A stretch of 64,000 bases of DNA from Batkoa obscura (GCA_030770535.1 JASVEC010000012.1:620001-684000), one strand, 5' to 3'; counted from the stretch's first letter, positions 36,907 to 50,563 are shown. Translations and numbers: made by a program. Notes: generated by a model not told the origin, from the letters alone.

Positions 36907-37875
36907 ATTATGAATATAAACGATTGATTTTTCTTGTAAATATACCTAAAGCGTTACCAAAGTTCGGTTACGCTTAACTGCCAAAGTTCAAACTTTAACA
37001 GAGCTAACTGGAGTATTACAACTCTTTTGTTATGCTTTTGTATTTGGTTCAGTTACCTTTGATCTCATTGGTTCTTTTTATTATAATGTTTTAAATTAAA
37101 TCATTTTTTGCTAGAAGTGGGTTTTGACTGCTTTTACTATTTCTGAGGTATTTTTTCGGCAATAAGCATGCTAGAGTTGCAGTTTTAGAGCTAAATTACT
37201 GCTTTAAAGTGTGATCTTTAGTTTTCCTGCAACAAGATTTTGTTATGAATCTAGAGCAGACGAGGTAGGAAAATAACATTTTGATAGACTTAAGTAGCAG
37301 AATTTTTGTTTTAAATGGTTTTAATTTTTCGATTTTTTAATAATCCATTAGTATGAATGTTTTAAATTTTGGTTAATGTATAAGAAACTCAATCTTGAGT
37401 TTGGCGAATCTACAAAGTCTATATAATTATTTTAAAGTTAAATAAAAGATGATTATCTATATGATATTTATCCGTAATCTATAAGAATATGTTATAAATT
37501 AAGACCGGTCAAAAATCAAACACAAGCTCATTTATGTTTATTGATAGAATAATATATTTAATCTATGTATAGCAATACCATCCGATAGTACTTTTTAAAT
37601 GATTTATCAGGTATTTAATGGTTGATTTAAAGGTTTCAAAATAAAGTAAAACTTAGAAATTATTGTTTATTCATACGAAATAAACCAAGAAATAGAAGGC
37701 TCGACATGACTTTAAATATATTTTTTTAGCTCCAAGAAAGTCTTCAATTCATATCGAATTTTTATCCTAATAATTACATATATTAGATCGTTTGTTATAT
37801 TTCAGTACAAGTTTATATATACTAAAAAAACTATCAGTTGTTGGCTGCAACACCATTAAAGATTTTCAATAAATT

Positions 37876-37972
37876 AAGGAGGTATTTCTTTGTTTAAGAA
37901 TTTTACTAACAATCTTTCCGCTCAAATAGTGCTTAAAAAATGGAAAAAGTAATGAAACTAGAAAAAACACCC
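37876..37972 (+). mobile_element. MITE copy 5 (degenerate ends)
   Basis: Core TGTTTAAGAATTTTACTAACAATCTTTCCGCTCAAATAGTGCTTAAAAAATGGAAAAAG; TSD not clean. Confidence 0.8.
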
Positions 37973-38135
37973 AGTTATTTTTATTTTGCAGTTAAAAAAT
38001 ATTTACTGTTGCAAGCAACAATTTAAAGCCTTTCGTTCGCATGAATTTGTACTAGAACATAATGAACAACCCAATAAAAGGTGCTTTGTAAATTCGACCA
38101 GAATTTGATTATAACGCATACCTAAAACATAATAT

Positions 38136-38233
38136 GAGGATGTTTTTTTTGGTTTCATTATTTTTTCCATTTTTTGAGCGCTATTTGAGCAGAAAGATTG
38201 TTAGTAAAATTCTTAAACAAAAAATACATCTCC
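38136..38233 (-). mobile_element. MITE copy 6
   Basis: GAGGATGTTTT...ATACATCTCC; ATAT TSD; lies at the 3' part of the DUF4419-like pseudogene. Confidence 0.88.
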
Positions 38234-38239
38234 ATATGA

Positions 38240-39116
38240 TTTTTTTCCTCTTTATAGTTGAGTTTTCAATACAACCAGTACCAGATTGTAAGTACGAATA
38301 AAAACGCTAATCCAACTTAATACATACGTGCCGCCAGAACCACCTTACCTTCTGTATAGGCTAATCAAAAATTCGTTACTCACACTACTGTCTTTAACTT
38401 TAATAAATTCCTCTAATATAGGTATTATTCACTGCTCCGAAATTTCAATCTTTAAATTGGTTCAATAATTTTTTATATCTTTCTAATAGATCCTTCCAAT
38501 CATCAGTAGTACCAAATAGGCTAATTTCAGGTATAGCACAAGCTATGCAAACTGTATAACCAAAATAACTTTTATAGATATCCATAATAGTAAGTGAAGT
38601 GACTGCGATTGATAATTCATTAGATGTTGAAAATGGTTTATTAAGCAGTTCACGCAATTCATTAATAACTTCCCTTTCAACAATTTCAACAAATTTCAAA
38701 AATAACTCCTATCAGTCATTTTCATTACTCAATACAAAGCTAGGCCTATTAATTTTAATATCCTTTTTCTCCTCATAATCGATTCCCACTATTTTTTTAC
38801 ATTTGTCGCTATTTAAATTGATGTGAATGGCCAAAGCCTGTAATATAACAATCAAAAGACGGTACAAGCATAAAGAAAGTCCATGATGTAAAGTATAAGC
38901 TATATGAATAGCTTCAGCAAACCCATTTAAGCTCAAACTGTGTAGAACTCCACTAAAAGTTAAGACTTTGTTTTTACCTAATGCTTCAAATTTTTTATCT
39001 TTAAAAATAATATTTTTCTTAATTCTTTGTTCAACTAAAACCAGTTCGTATATGTCAGTTTTTTCAACTTTGATGCCTTTGCTTACTTTAAATGCTTTAA
39101 ATGCTTTGATGTCCAA
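38240..39116 (-). pseudogene. DUF4419-like pseudogene
   Basis: NGFAEAIHIAYTLHHGLSL...ILQALAIHINLNS...PFSTS...MDIYKSYFGY...CAIPEISLFGTTDDWKDL...IPILEEF...GGSGGTYVLSWISVF. Broken by in-frame TGA/TAG near 38712, a frameshift near 38445 and further stops. Confidence 0.7.
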
Positions 39117-40116
39117 TTGTACAATTACTTTTTTAAGTAGTTTATTGAAAACGATTTTTTATAGTTTTCTTTATAGACTAAGGTTTCAAACCGCGGTATC
39201 ATCAGATTATATTGTAAAAACCTTTAACTGACTTGTTGTTCAGGTCTCTTTTACAATGATCATAACTTGGCCCCAATGTTCATATAATACTATTATGTCA
39301 TTGTTTTATATAGTATAAATTAGAAATTAAAAAACCAAGCTATGGAAAAAAATGGCTAATATCAATTCATTCAATATTATGTAAAACTAAAAAAAAGCTT
39401 ATAAAACTCCTTTAGATAGCAATATACACAAACTTGTTCTTATTCAGTTATTAATTTTTGATAGCTTAACCAAATTTTGAGCTTAAAAAATTAAAAAGAT
39501 GTTGAAAGAAAAAATATTCCCATGTATTCTTTGTTTCGGTTTAGGCTATAATTGTTATGCCATAACAACATTACCTCTTTTATTAGCCCATAACCATGTT
39601 TTAAAAACACTCTTTTTCTATGACAATGATAGTAAGTAGTATTTTGGTACTAGTTTATTACTTATAAGATATTAGTTATTTATAACTGGCTTTAACAGCT
39701 AGAGTTTAAAAATAAAACTAGATATTTGTATAAAAAACTTTATGTACAGTTTTAGGATCATAAAGTTAAAAATAAATATAAAACAATAAGTTAATTATTT
39801 ATAATATTAATTTTCTATAAACTACTTGAAACTATTGTTTATACTTAGTGCTTTTAATTCAAGCTCATTATGTTTAAGGGATAAGGTCTCAATACAAAAA
39901 AATTGACTGGTATTTAACTACGATTTTTGTCAACTTTTATAAATAGTCTTTTATATTTGATTATTAAACATAATAAAGTCGCAATTAAAATATATTAATA
40001 GACAACAACTGAATTGAAACTTTGAAATTTATAAATACACATTTCTTATTTTTAAAATAAATTTAAGATAAGAACTAAAATGTTAGCAAGCACATTAAAA
40101 CAATTTGAATTTAAGC

Positions 40117-40500
40117 ATGAAATTTCTTACTTTAATCCCTCTCTTTGTTATCAAGATTTATTGCGCCACCACTGCTAACAGTGACTTAAATTCAGTAATC
40201 TCCGCCACTAATCAAGTAGATCAAAAAAGTAACCGAATGGCTGTAAGCAGCTCTAACAGCCAACAAAAAATCATTATATGCAATTTAGTGGCCCCATCCA
40301 AAGTATCCTTGGGTAAGCATGCAGGAATTTATCAGCTAGGGGTATCCAGTTATCCAGTATGTAAAGAAGGCTTAATGTTTTGTGATTATTACTCTTATGG
40401 TTTTTGGACTTGTGCACAAGGTCGATTTGTTTTTCGTAACTGTGGACCAGGCACTAAATGTGTTCAACATAATGGTAACCTTTATTGCGACTATGCTTAA
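40117..40500 (+). CDS. Small secreted Cys-rich protein with a C-terminal CBM19-like (chitin-binding) module
   Basis: Signal peptide MKFLTLIPLFVIKIYC; C-terminal CKEGLMFC...FWTCAQGRFVFRNCGPGTKC...C. Confidence 0.65.
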   Translation: MKFLTLIPLFVIKIYCATTANSDLNSVISATNQVDQKSNRMAVSSSNSQQKIIICNLVAPSKVSLGKHAGIYQLGVSSYPVCKEGLMFCDYYSYGFWTCAQGRFVFRNCGPGTKCVQHNGNLYCDYA

Positions 40501-40610
40501 TTTATTATTTTCTTTTGCACTGTAAAATATTATCAGCTTAAATGTTAGTTTAAACTATTATTCAATAAACCATCTTGATTATTTACTTTTTTTTAAAATT
40601 CTCACTATTT

Positions 40611-41535
40611 AAGGATATCGAAATTGGTTTCATTTTTTTATTCAATTTTTAAATACAAAATATTTAAAAACTTTGCCTAAAATTCTATAAAAATAAATTC
40701 TTTATTAAAAACTAAAAGTACCCCCGATACAGTTTTAAATTATTTTATTATAATTTATATTATAAGTTAATAGAATTTCTATTAAATTTAATACAAATTC
40801 CCGGATTAGCAAGGCTTCTACTAATATAGCCTATATATTAATATTAATTAAAGTTGTATTATGTAAATAAATACATATCTTTATAAAACTTCATAGAAAA
40901 ATATTTATTATTGACTGCTTTGTAGCCAATATTGCAGATTTGCTATCAAATAAATAGATAATTTTGAGGCTATGATTACATTATTAATATATTACTAAGT
41001 TAACAAATAGCTGTATAGGAGGGAGTGGTTAGCCCCAAAACTATAATTAACCATTCCTATGTAATACAAGCAGTATAATAATAGTTCCTATTTATTATTA
41101 TAATTACTTGCTCTTTGACTATTTATTAATTTAGCTATTAATAATTTAAGTAATATCAACATTTAATAATTGATTTCTATCATCTAATAAACTACTTACT
41201 TGCTTACTAAATATTGAAACTTTGAAATTTTTTATAATTTTTGTAAGATAAACTGGGGTTGATCTTTTAGTTTTTCTATTTTCTATAGACTTTATAACTT
41301 TAATTAGACTTATAACACTTTTTTTTGATTTATCAGATGCTGGATAGCAGTGCAGTTTATTATCACGTTTAATAAGATGTAAATACTTTTTAATACCTTG
41401 TATTTCTTTTATTTTTTTTATTTTTTGTTTCTTTTATACTTTTTAAAAATTATATTTGTTTTCCCATTATTAACAGTTGAGTTATTAATTCTATTATGTT
41501 CACAAATAAAACTCTCAAATTTTGAAATTAATTTT
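40611..41535 (-). mobile_element. Truncated, diverged copy of the Sola2-like transposon (one TIR plus transposase 3' end)
   Basis: Colinear by eye with 53086-54003; starts with a decayed TIR AAGGATATCGAAATTGGTTTCA and contains the shared GGAGGGAGTGGTTAGCCCCAAAACTATAATTAACC. Confidence 0.88.
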
Positions 41536-42563
41536 ATTATTTATTTAAAATATTTTGTTTATTTATGATTAAAAATTAAAATAATAAAATAATTATCTCA
41601 TATTATTAGATTCTTTTATTTTATTAAATTTTTATAAATTTATTAGCTTTATCTTAATTTACTATTACTAGTTTTTTATAACTAATAAAATTTAATAAAA
41701 CTTGAATATTTTAAATGTAAAGTTGAGCATTTTGATTGTTTATTTTATGCAAAATCAATATTTTTTATAAAACCAAACTAGATTTTAGACTTTTGAGGTT
41801 TAAAATCTAGCTTGATCTAATTTTTTAAATATTTAATCTTATAAAAACTGAACAAAAAACCTTTAAAAAAACATTACTATTCCTAATTGTTCTTTCTTAA
41901 AAGTTTAAAAATTAATCAATTTTTTATTCTTTGATGGAGATATTTTAAACCAATAGATAAGTTTTAATAATGAAATGGACTTTAAAAATTTTATGGAAAT
42001 TTCTCCAAGATTGAGTTTTAATATTACCCAATCATTGATGACCAGTTATTGTTATGTTAAACTAGTTGGCTTTATTATTTCAACTTGTTCTTAGAGAAAT
42101 AAAGCTGAAAAAATAGTTTATTAATAAAATTTATTATGTCCGCTTTGATGTTTTTTGTTATATTTCTACTATAAAATTTATTATATATTTTATATATAAC
42201 TCTAATAAATGATTATAATACATTAATTATGCTATTATTTATTTTTAAAAATGGAATAAGTTTAATTGTTGATAACTAATAACTATCAATAAACTAACTA
42301 TTAAGCCACTAAAGCTGAAGGATCCAAAATGCAAGCTTGAAAGTGTGGATGAAATATTAGGATTTCGATTTTGATTGGTTAAAATTAAATTAAAAAATCT
42401 AACAATAACTTAAACTGAGGTGACAAGAATAATATAAAATCGTGAAAGTTCCATTTATAAAAAAAATTGAATCCTTTTTTATTCATATTATTTTAAAAAA
42501 TTCTATTTTTTACCCTTTTCCCATTTAGTTTCATTTATTTAGATTATTATACTATCGATTTCA

Positions 42564-45500
42564 ATGAGTTATAAAGGTTTTAATTTTTCTTCATTTACTC
42601 GTTCACTTAATGGTTTTCAAGTAACTTTATTAATAATACTAAAAAAAAGAATATTAACATTGAACCTTCAATTAGTGGTCCAAACCGGCTACAGTTGTTG
42701 AAGAACCAGTGGAAAAACTAGACCATCCTAAAATCTATAAAGATTTATTAACCCGGGTGACTGTATTAAAACAAGTGCAAATTAATCTAGTCAAAATCAC
42801 CAAAGAAGCTTTTCCAGGTTGTAAAAAAGAAAATGAGCAATTAACTTTTGTTAAAGAATCCATTACTTCGATTTCAAATTCCATTACCAATTCTTTAGCT
42901 TCCAATTCTTCCAATTCGAATCATCAATCAAAAGGCAGTGTTTCTTCAATTGCTTCAAATCGACCACGATCCCATTCCAAAAGTAACTCTTTAAACTCGG
43001 AACCCATTGACCATCCTACTGCGTATCATACAATGGCTTTAGCATTTGTTGATTGTGGACTTGATGTTGGCGTTGAAGAATCTTTAGGTGAATTATTTTA
43101 CAATATTTTGATTAATATTCATATTGAAACTTCATCTATTAGGAGCTGCGCTATATAAAGTAGCTACTATTCAACAAAAGATTGGGGATGCTCTTATTAC
43201 TATGGTAATATTAATATCAAGATTATTTTTATTTTTATTTAGTTTGTCATTATTATTAGGAATCCATATTAACTAAAAACTTTATTGAACCATTATTAAT
43301 TAATATTGAAACAAATATTAAATTTATTGAAGTAATAATATTGTTATTTGTTTATTATTTATTTATTAATATATTACTTTTTATTATAGAAAACTTGTAC
43401 AGATGTAGATAATGCTTTAATTTCACTTAACAATGTAAAACTTAGATGTAATAATAGTGGTGATAACCCAAGCGATGAGGTAAAACAAGATTAATAGTTA
43501 ATATTTAATTAATAATTAATAATTTTTTATTAGCTTAAATCGGAACTCACCATATGTGAAGAAAATTATACAAAAGTATTAGATATGGCTACTCACTTAA
43601 TGAAGAATGTAATTGATTCTCCAGAAACTATTCAACGTTTATTAGAATTAATAACTTCTCAAATGGGGTATCATAAAGAAGCATTTCAATTATTATCGGA
43701 TATTTTGCCTCAATTAAATGATATGGTTGCTACTCAAGAAGTACTTCATAATGAAAAAGATTCTTCTAATTCGGATAATGATTCAAATAATAAAAAGGAG
43801 CTTAATCATGTGGATGATTCAAATGTACCAAATGATACATTAACTAAATTAATAGAAAATGAAACTGATAGTAATAATAAGCAACAAGATTTAACTTATC
43901 AACAATCAAGTAATCTTAATATTAATTCAACTTTAAATGAAAGAGAACCATCTATATTATCTAATAATTCACTTGAACCATCTAAACCAGAAATTAATGT
44001 TATTGAGCCATCCTTTAATGCTTCAGCTGCCCCTTATTTTAACCCATTTTCACAAGCAACTACTTCTACTGAAGCAGTTCATACTATCGCTCATGATTCT
44101 AGTTCTGAACATTTAAGTTCTGATTTAGTTGAAGATAGTGAACCACGTCATATCTTCATACCAGATATATTAAATTCAGCAACCCCTTCTATAATGGATC
44201 AATCTGAACCTGAATATGCATCTTCCAATATTGAAGAAAGTCAAGAATTTTATAAAAATGAAGTAGATGAAGATAGTAAAGATCAATATTCAACAAAAGT
44301 AATGACTCTTAATAGAGAATTAATTCGAGATTCAAATGAAAATTTGATTCATCAATTTTCGAATTTATCTGGTACACCAGATCTTACTGTAGATTTAGAT
44401 CGCTCCCTTAGTAATGATCAAAGTAGTATTAATAATTATCATTCTATTGAAGCGGAATCTTCTTCTTTACAAACTTCTAATTTACCAATGTTAAGTGAAC
44501 CTACTACCAATGATATTATTTTAGAAGAAGTCAGTTTACCTGAATCTACTTTTAACAATTCAATAGAAATGGAAGTACCTACTTGTTTTATGGAAAGTTC
44601 AACACCATTTGAATCATTACAAGTAGATGAAGTTGAAGATCAAAATGATGCTATAGAAATTAAAGAAGATGAAGTTGATTTAGAATCATTTACCGAAGAG
44701 AAGGAGATTTTTGAAGATGTCCTTCCAGCTTTTGAAACCAATCAAGTTGAAGAAGAATCAACTGTTGAACATGAAATCAAGGGAAATGATATTAATTTAC
44801 ATTCTTTTGCCGAAGAGATGTTAGAATCTAAACCTTTCATTAAGGAAAGTGAAATTGGTCTTCCAGTTGTTGTACCAGAACAAATCAAAGAAGATGAAGA
44901 AGGAGTTCAAATCATTGAAAGATCCGTTAAAGATAAAGAAGTCAATTTAAATTTCATTACTGAAGACCAACTTGCTTTTGGTAAAATTTTTAAAGAAAGT
45001 GAAATTGCCCTTCCAACCTTTGAAACAGAACAAACCGAAGAAGATCAAGTAGAACAAAACATTAAAGGATCCATTAAAGATAATGAAGTTGTATTAGATT
45101 CTATCATTGAGGGAAGTGGAACGTTTAAACCCACCTTTAATGCCCTTAAAGCTCCCCTTCCAACGTTTGAAGATGAGGAAGATGAGGAAGATAACGAAGA
45201 TGAGAAAGAAGAAATGATTGAACATGAAATTAAAGATAATGAAGTTCTTTTAGATTCATTTGAAGAAAAACAAAATTCTAAGCTCACTATTGAAGAAGTT
45301 GAAAGTGCCCTTCCAGCCTTTAAAACCGAAGAAGTTGGAGATGAAAAAAGCACTAAAAGATCCATTGAAAATAATGATATCATTTTAAATCCTTTCACTG
45401 AAGAAAAAGATACCTCTGAATCAATTAGTGAAGAAGCACTCATTACTCAATTGGAAAAAACAATTGAAAATAGTGAAAGTCCCACCTTTGATAACCAATT

Positions 45501-48500
45501 AATAATTGAAGAGGATGAGGAATCTTCCATCATGCGCTCCAATAATGTAGATATCCCAATTCCATCCACATCCTCCTTTTTACATCAAGAAATTGAAGGA
45601 GCGGATACTTTCAATCCAACTAACACCAGTTATATGAATTTACCCGATAATACTATAGAAGATGGAGAAAGTCCTACCTTTCATGAACATGTATTGGCCG
45701 AAAAACAGGTATTTAATCTTGTTAATCAACAATATAATTTAGGTGAAGATGATGAATATTCGGATGATGGACCTAATTTCGAAAATGAGTTTGTACCGAC
45801 TCCATTAGAAAAAATTGATGAATTGAGTGAAGAAGAGGAGGTTGAGGAGGAGTTGATGCCTCATATTGAAGCTAGAAGTATCAATGTTATCGCTGAGAAT
45901 AGCGAAGAAGAGGTTGATAAGGAGTTGGAAAATCAACTCAATTCCACTGCTGTTGAAAATGTCAATGTGATTGATGGAGCCAGTAAAGAAAAAGAGGATG
46001 AAAAGGAGTTAGATGCTGAAAACGAATCCATTATTGAAGCTAAAAGTGTAAATACTATTGTTGAGGATAGCGAAGAAGAATTTGAGGAGAAACCAGAAGC
46101 TCAATTCGATTCCATTGTTGAAATTAAAAGTGTCAATCCAATTGATGAGGCTAGTGAACAAGAAGAGGTTGGAAAAGAGTTAGAGACTCAAATCGATCCC
46201 GATATTCAACCTAGAAGCGTCAATATAATTGGTGAAACTAGTGAAGAAAAAGAGGATGGAGAAAAGCTAAAAGAGGAACTAGATGCTCAACTCGATCCCC
46301 CTATTGTTGAAGCTGAAAGTGATAACATTGTAAAAAGCACTCCATTAAATAACCTTGATGAGCAATCCATTTCTCAAGCATTAGAATCAACTGAAGAAAC
46401 TTCCGATTTTGAAATCATCGTACCAAAATCAAATGAAGAAATCGATGAAGGAAATGAGGCTTACAATTCTACCTTAGGGTTTTACCATTCAGATAAAAAA
46501 TTAAATGAAGAAAGTGAAGATATCAAATCGGAAGAAGATGAAGCTTTCATCAATGAAGAAGAAGATTTGGAAAGTATAATGACTAAATTAAAAGAAGTAA
46601 ATGTTGAAGAACCCTTATCGGAAGTAGCTGCCATGGCTTATGATAATACATTGGGATTTTATCAAACTCCTATTGTAGATAAAGAGGATTTAGAAGAAGA
46701 TGCAGAAAGAGTTGAAGCTGATAAAGAAACCGAGGAAGAGGAACTTGAAACTGAGGAAATTGAAGTTGGTTATGAGCCACAATCTGAGATTGGTGCTATG
46801 GCCTATGGTTCTACTTTAGGATTTTATCAATCGCCTAATAACAATAGTTTGACTCCTAATGAATTAGATGAAGGTAACGAACTTAGTGAAGATGAAATTG
46901 ATATTCAAAGTGATGAAGGTGATATGGGCTATTCTTCTATGTTAGGATTTTATAAAGGAGGGGATAAGCAAAACGGAATTGAAGAATCTAATTTGTTAAA
47001 TCAATTAGAAAAGGAAAGTGATAACGAACATAACATTGTTAGAGAGATTCAAAATAATGAACAAATTGAAGAATCAGATAATGAACTTAATTTAGACACT
47101 GAAATAAAAGATAATACTAATGCTTTAGAATTCAATGAAATTAGTGAACTGAATATTGATCAATATGAAGAAGAAGGAATTCAAGTTGAACATCAATTAA
47201 AAGAACAAGAAATTAGAATTGTCGATGAAGTTGATGAGATTGAAGGTAAACAAATTGATTTAAATGAAAAGGAAGAAAAGATTGATGGCGATTCTTTAGA
47301 ACAAGAAGTTCGAAGTGATATTGATTCTTTAGAAAAAGAAATTCAAACTGAAATTGCTCCTTTGGAAAAAGAAATTGGTTCAATCTCAGCTCCACAAGTT
47401 GAATTAGATACTTCAAATGAAAAGGAAGAAGTTGTTATCAAATCTTTGGAAAAAGAAATTACATCTGATAATTTAATGACTGAAGATCAAACATCAATTA
47501 ATGAATCCAAAGAATTAAAGCATGAAGATATTATTGAAAACGAACAGGAAATCACAAGATCCGATTTAGAACAAACTGTTATTAAATCTTTTGAAGAAGA
47601 AATTCCATCCGATAATCTAATGACTGAAGATCAAACATCAATTAACGAATCCAAAGAATTGAAACATGAAGATATTATTGAAAACCAACAGGAAATCACA
47701 AGATCCGGTTTAGAACAAGTTGAAATCCTTAACCCAACAACAGAAGAAGAAACTCAGATCAGTCATGTAGTTAATGAATTATTGAATTCAGTTAATAATT
47801 TAAATGAAACATTAATTAAAAGTCCAGATAATTTAGCTATTGAAAAGGAGATTGGTGATGAAATGGAAATTGATGAATTGAATATTAACATTGAAAATGA
47901 AAATTCATTATTAGATTTTGCTAAACAAATGTCAAGTAAGATTGAATCAATTTCTAGTCTAGTAGAAACTTCAAGTTTAAGTTTAAATAAAAAGTTCAAC
48001 GAGAATGAAGTTAACGAAGTTGAAGAAGTTAATGCTGTTGATCCTGCTGATCAAGTCCATGAGAATGGAAATGATACTATTGAAGACTTAAACCAAGATA
48101 TTGCTGTTGATACTGATATTAGTGATCAAGACGATGAACCAATTATCCTTACTAAAGAATTGAGTAAAGACAGTATTATTGAAAATGAAAATATTGAAAT
48201 TAATGAAGAATCAAAACAAGTCGAAGGTTTTGATCAAGAAAGTCAAATGAACATGACTGAAGATTTAGACACTTCATTAAATGAACCAATTGAAAAGGAA
48301 GTAACAGAGGAGTTAGCTGAATCTTTAAATGAAGATACCGAAAAAGAAGTAACAGAAGATTTAACTACTTCTTTAAATAATTTTATTGGAACCAATTTAG
48401 CAACTTCATTAAATGAATTTAATGGATTAAATTTAACGGATCCTTTAAATCAAATTGCTGATAAGGAAATAGTGGAAGATTTAACTAATACTTTAAATGA

Positions 48501-49972
48501 GCCACTTAAAGAAAATATAAAGGATTTAACTACTTCTTTAAGTGAGCCAATTGAGAAAAGTGTATCAGACTTGACTACTTCTTTTAATGAATTTGCTGGA
48601 AAAGATGTAACTGAAGATTCAACTAAATCTTTAAATGAATCAATTGAAAAGAATATAATTGAAGATTTATCAACCTCATCAAATCAACTTATTAAAGAAG
48701 ATAGAACTGAAGATTTAGTTACTTCATTAAACGAACAAATTGATTTATTCAAGAATGAATTTAATGAAGATAAATTAAATGAATTAGAATTCAATGAAAA
48801 TGAAGTTGAATTCAATGAAGAGTTAGAAGACAGACTAAGTGAACAATTTAATACTATTGAAACCCAAAAACAATTGGCTGAAGAAGAATCAATTACATCT
48901 GAAACTAAAGAAATCAATAAAGATAATGAAATACCAATTATTTTAAATGAAGAATTAAATGACGATGAAATTGATATCCCATTAAAACTAGAAGTTAATG
49001 ATGATGATTTAATTAATGAAGATGAAGATATTGAAATTGATGAAGATGAATCAAACCAAGAAGTTGAAGAAGAAAAGAATGAAGATTTTACTAATTCTAT
49101 TTTTAATTCGTTAAATAGTATTCCTATTTCATTAGATACTAAATTTAATTTAAATAATATTAATCAAGTAAAACAAGGATTAATAGATGATGATAATATT
49201 AATAGTAAAGATATTATTAATTCATTAAATAGTATACCAATTTCATTAGATAATACTATTGAAACAGAATTTAATAATACTATTAATGGTAAGTTTATCA
49301 TTCTTAATTATAATATAGTAGAATTAATAATATTAAATAGATACAAAAGAACCCTTTAATTCGATAGATATTAATTTAGAAGATTCTATGTTTAATGAAT
49401 TTAATAATGAATTTAATTTATTATCTGTTGATAATAATGAATTAGATCATTCTTCCCCACAAGAAAGTATGTCACCAAATACACCAAGATCAATAACTCA
49501 TGATGAAGATGAAAATAACAATGAAAGTTATGAACTTAATGAATCAGATTTAGAAATGGATTTAACTGGAGAAGATGCTAATGAAGAACAGGCTAAATTA
49601 GTAGCTAATATTTCAAATTCAGAAAATGAATTAAACCATTTAATAGAAAATAACAAACAAGATGAAGAAGGTAAAGAACAAGAAGAATTAAGTAACGATC
49701 CAAATAATTCACATAAAAGATCTATCTCTTTAGCCATAGATGTTAATAAAGCTAAAATGGATATTAAAAATAAATCTGGTCCATCTACACCTACTTCAAC
49801 TAAAGAAATTAAAACTGGGTTACATAAAAAATCCAATTCAATATTAGATAAATTAGCTCAATTTGAAAAAAATTCTTCCCCTTTACCACCTTCTCGTAAT
49901 CTTGGTAAAAATAATAAGTCCAGTTCAAAATCTTCATTTTCTTCTGCATTTGCTAAATTTGAAAAATCATAA
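42564..49972 (+). CDS. BAR-domain (Gvp36-like) protein with a ~2,000-aa acidic repetitive C-terminal extension
   Basis: Spliced N-terminus MSYKGFNFSSFTRSLNGFQ|...HPTAYHTMALAF...SLG|AALYKVATIQQKIGDA...|...ATHLMKNVIDSPETIQRLLELITSQMGYHKEAFQLL, matching the Gvp36/BAR pattern. The last intron (~49289-49340) links to ORF 49388. Confidence 0.7.
47434..47718 (+). repeat. 144-bp coding tandem duplication (2 copies)
   Basis: VIKS.E.EI.SDNLMTEDQTSINESKELKHEDIIEN.QEITRS.LEQ repeated at 47434 and 47578. Confidence 0.9.
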
Positions 49973-50563
49973 ATTGAACGATTGTATAAATGATTTGCAT
50001 TTTGAAAGTTTATTGTATTATTTTTAAATAAAATAAAATAAAAAATATTGTTTAAATGATAAAATAGTTTAATTTATTTGATTTTATATCCTTTTTTTAC
50101 ATTTGATTGATATAGCAATATAACATCTTTCAATAAGTCTTTGGAGTTAAATTCAAAATTGTTTCTAAATACTCCTTGTATCCCATCTCATTGAATTTTA
50201 GGAGTTACATAGCCTATGACCTCTAAAACTTCCTTGGGTTAATTTTTATTGTAATTCATTAAAAAAAATTGTTCTTATTAGTTAATTGATTAAATTAAAC
50301 TTCACTTGACTAAAAAAGTACATGACTTAAATAGAGACAGAGTTTTTATCTTTTAAAAATTCATCTTTATTATTTACCCGAGCAGCACTCATTGTGTGCA
50401 CTTGACTTGTTTATATTACCGCCTTAGCTTGATTGAAGGTTTTGAGAAAAAAAGAATTAAGATGCGGACTTTTTTGATTGGACTTTATAGCATTTTTCAA
50501 TCTATTTAGCTGGTTTATAGAAGTCACAATAAACTGAATAATAGTAATAAATTTAGAATATGT

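Noticed and set aside
38690..38720. In-frame TGA/TAG in the DUF4419-like gene as selenocysteine, readthrough or an alternative genetic code
   Set aside because: Accompanied by a frameshift and further stops; all conserved genes in the window translate with the standard code.
45045..49836. Ser/Leu-rich minus-strand ORFs inside the BAR gene (likewise 31505-32281 inside ABCG)
   Set aside because: Expected antisense shadows of Glu/Asp/Lys-rich coding sequence.
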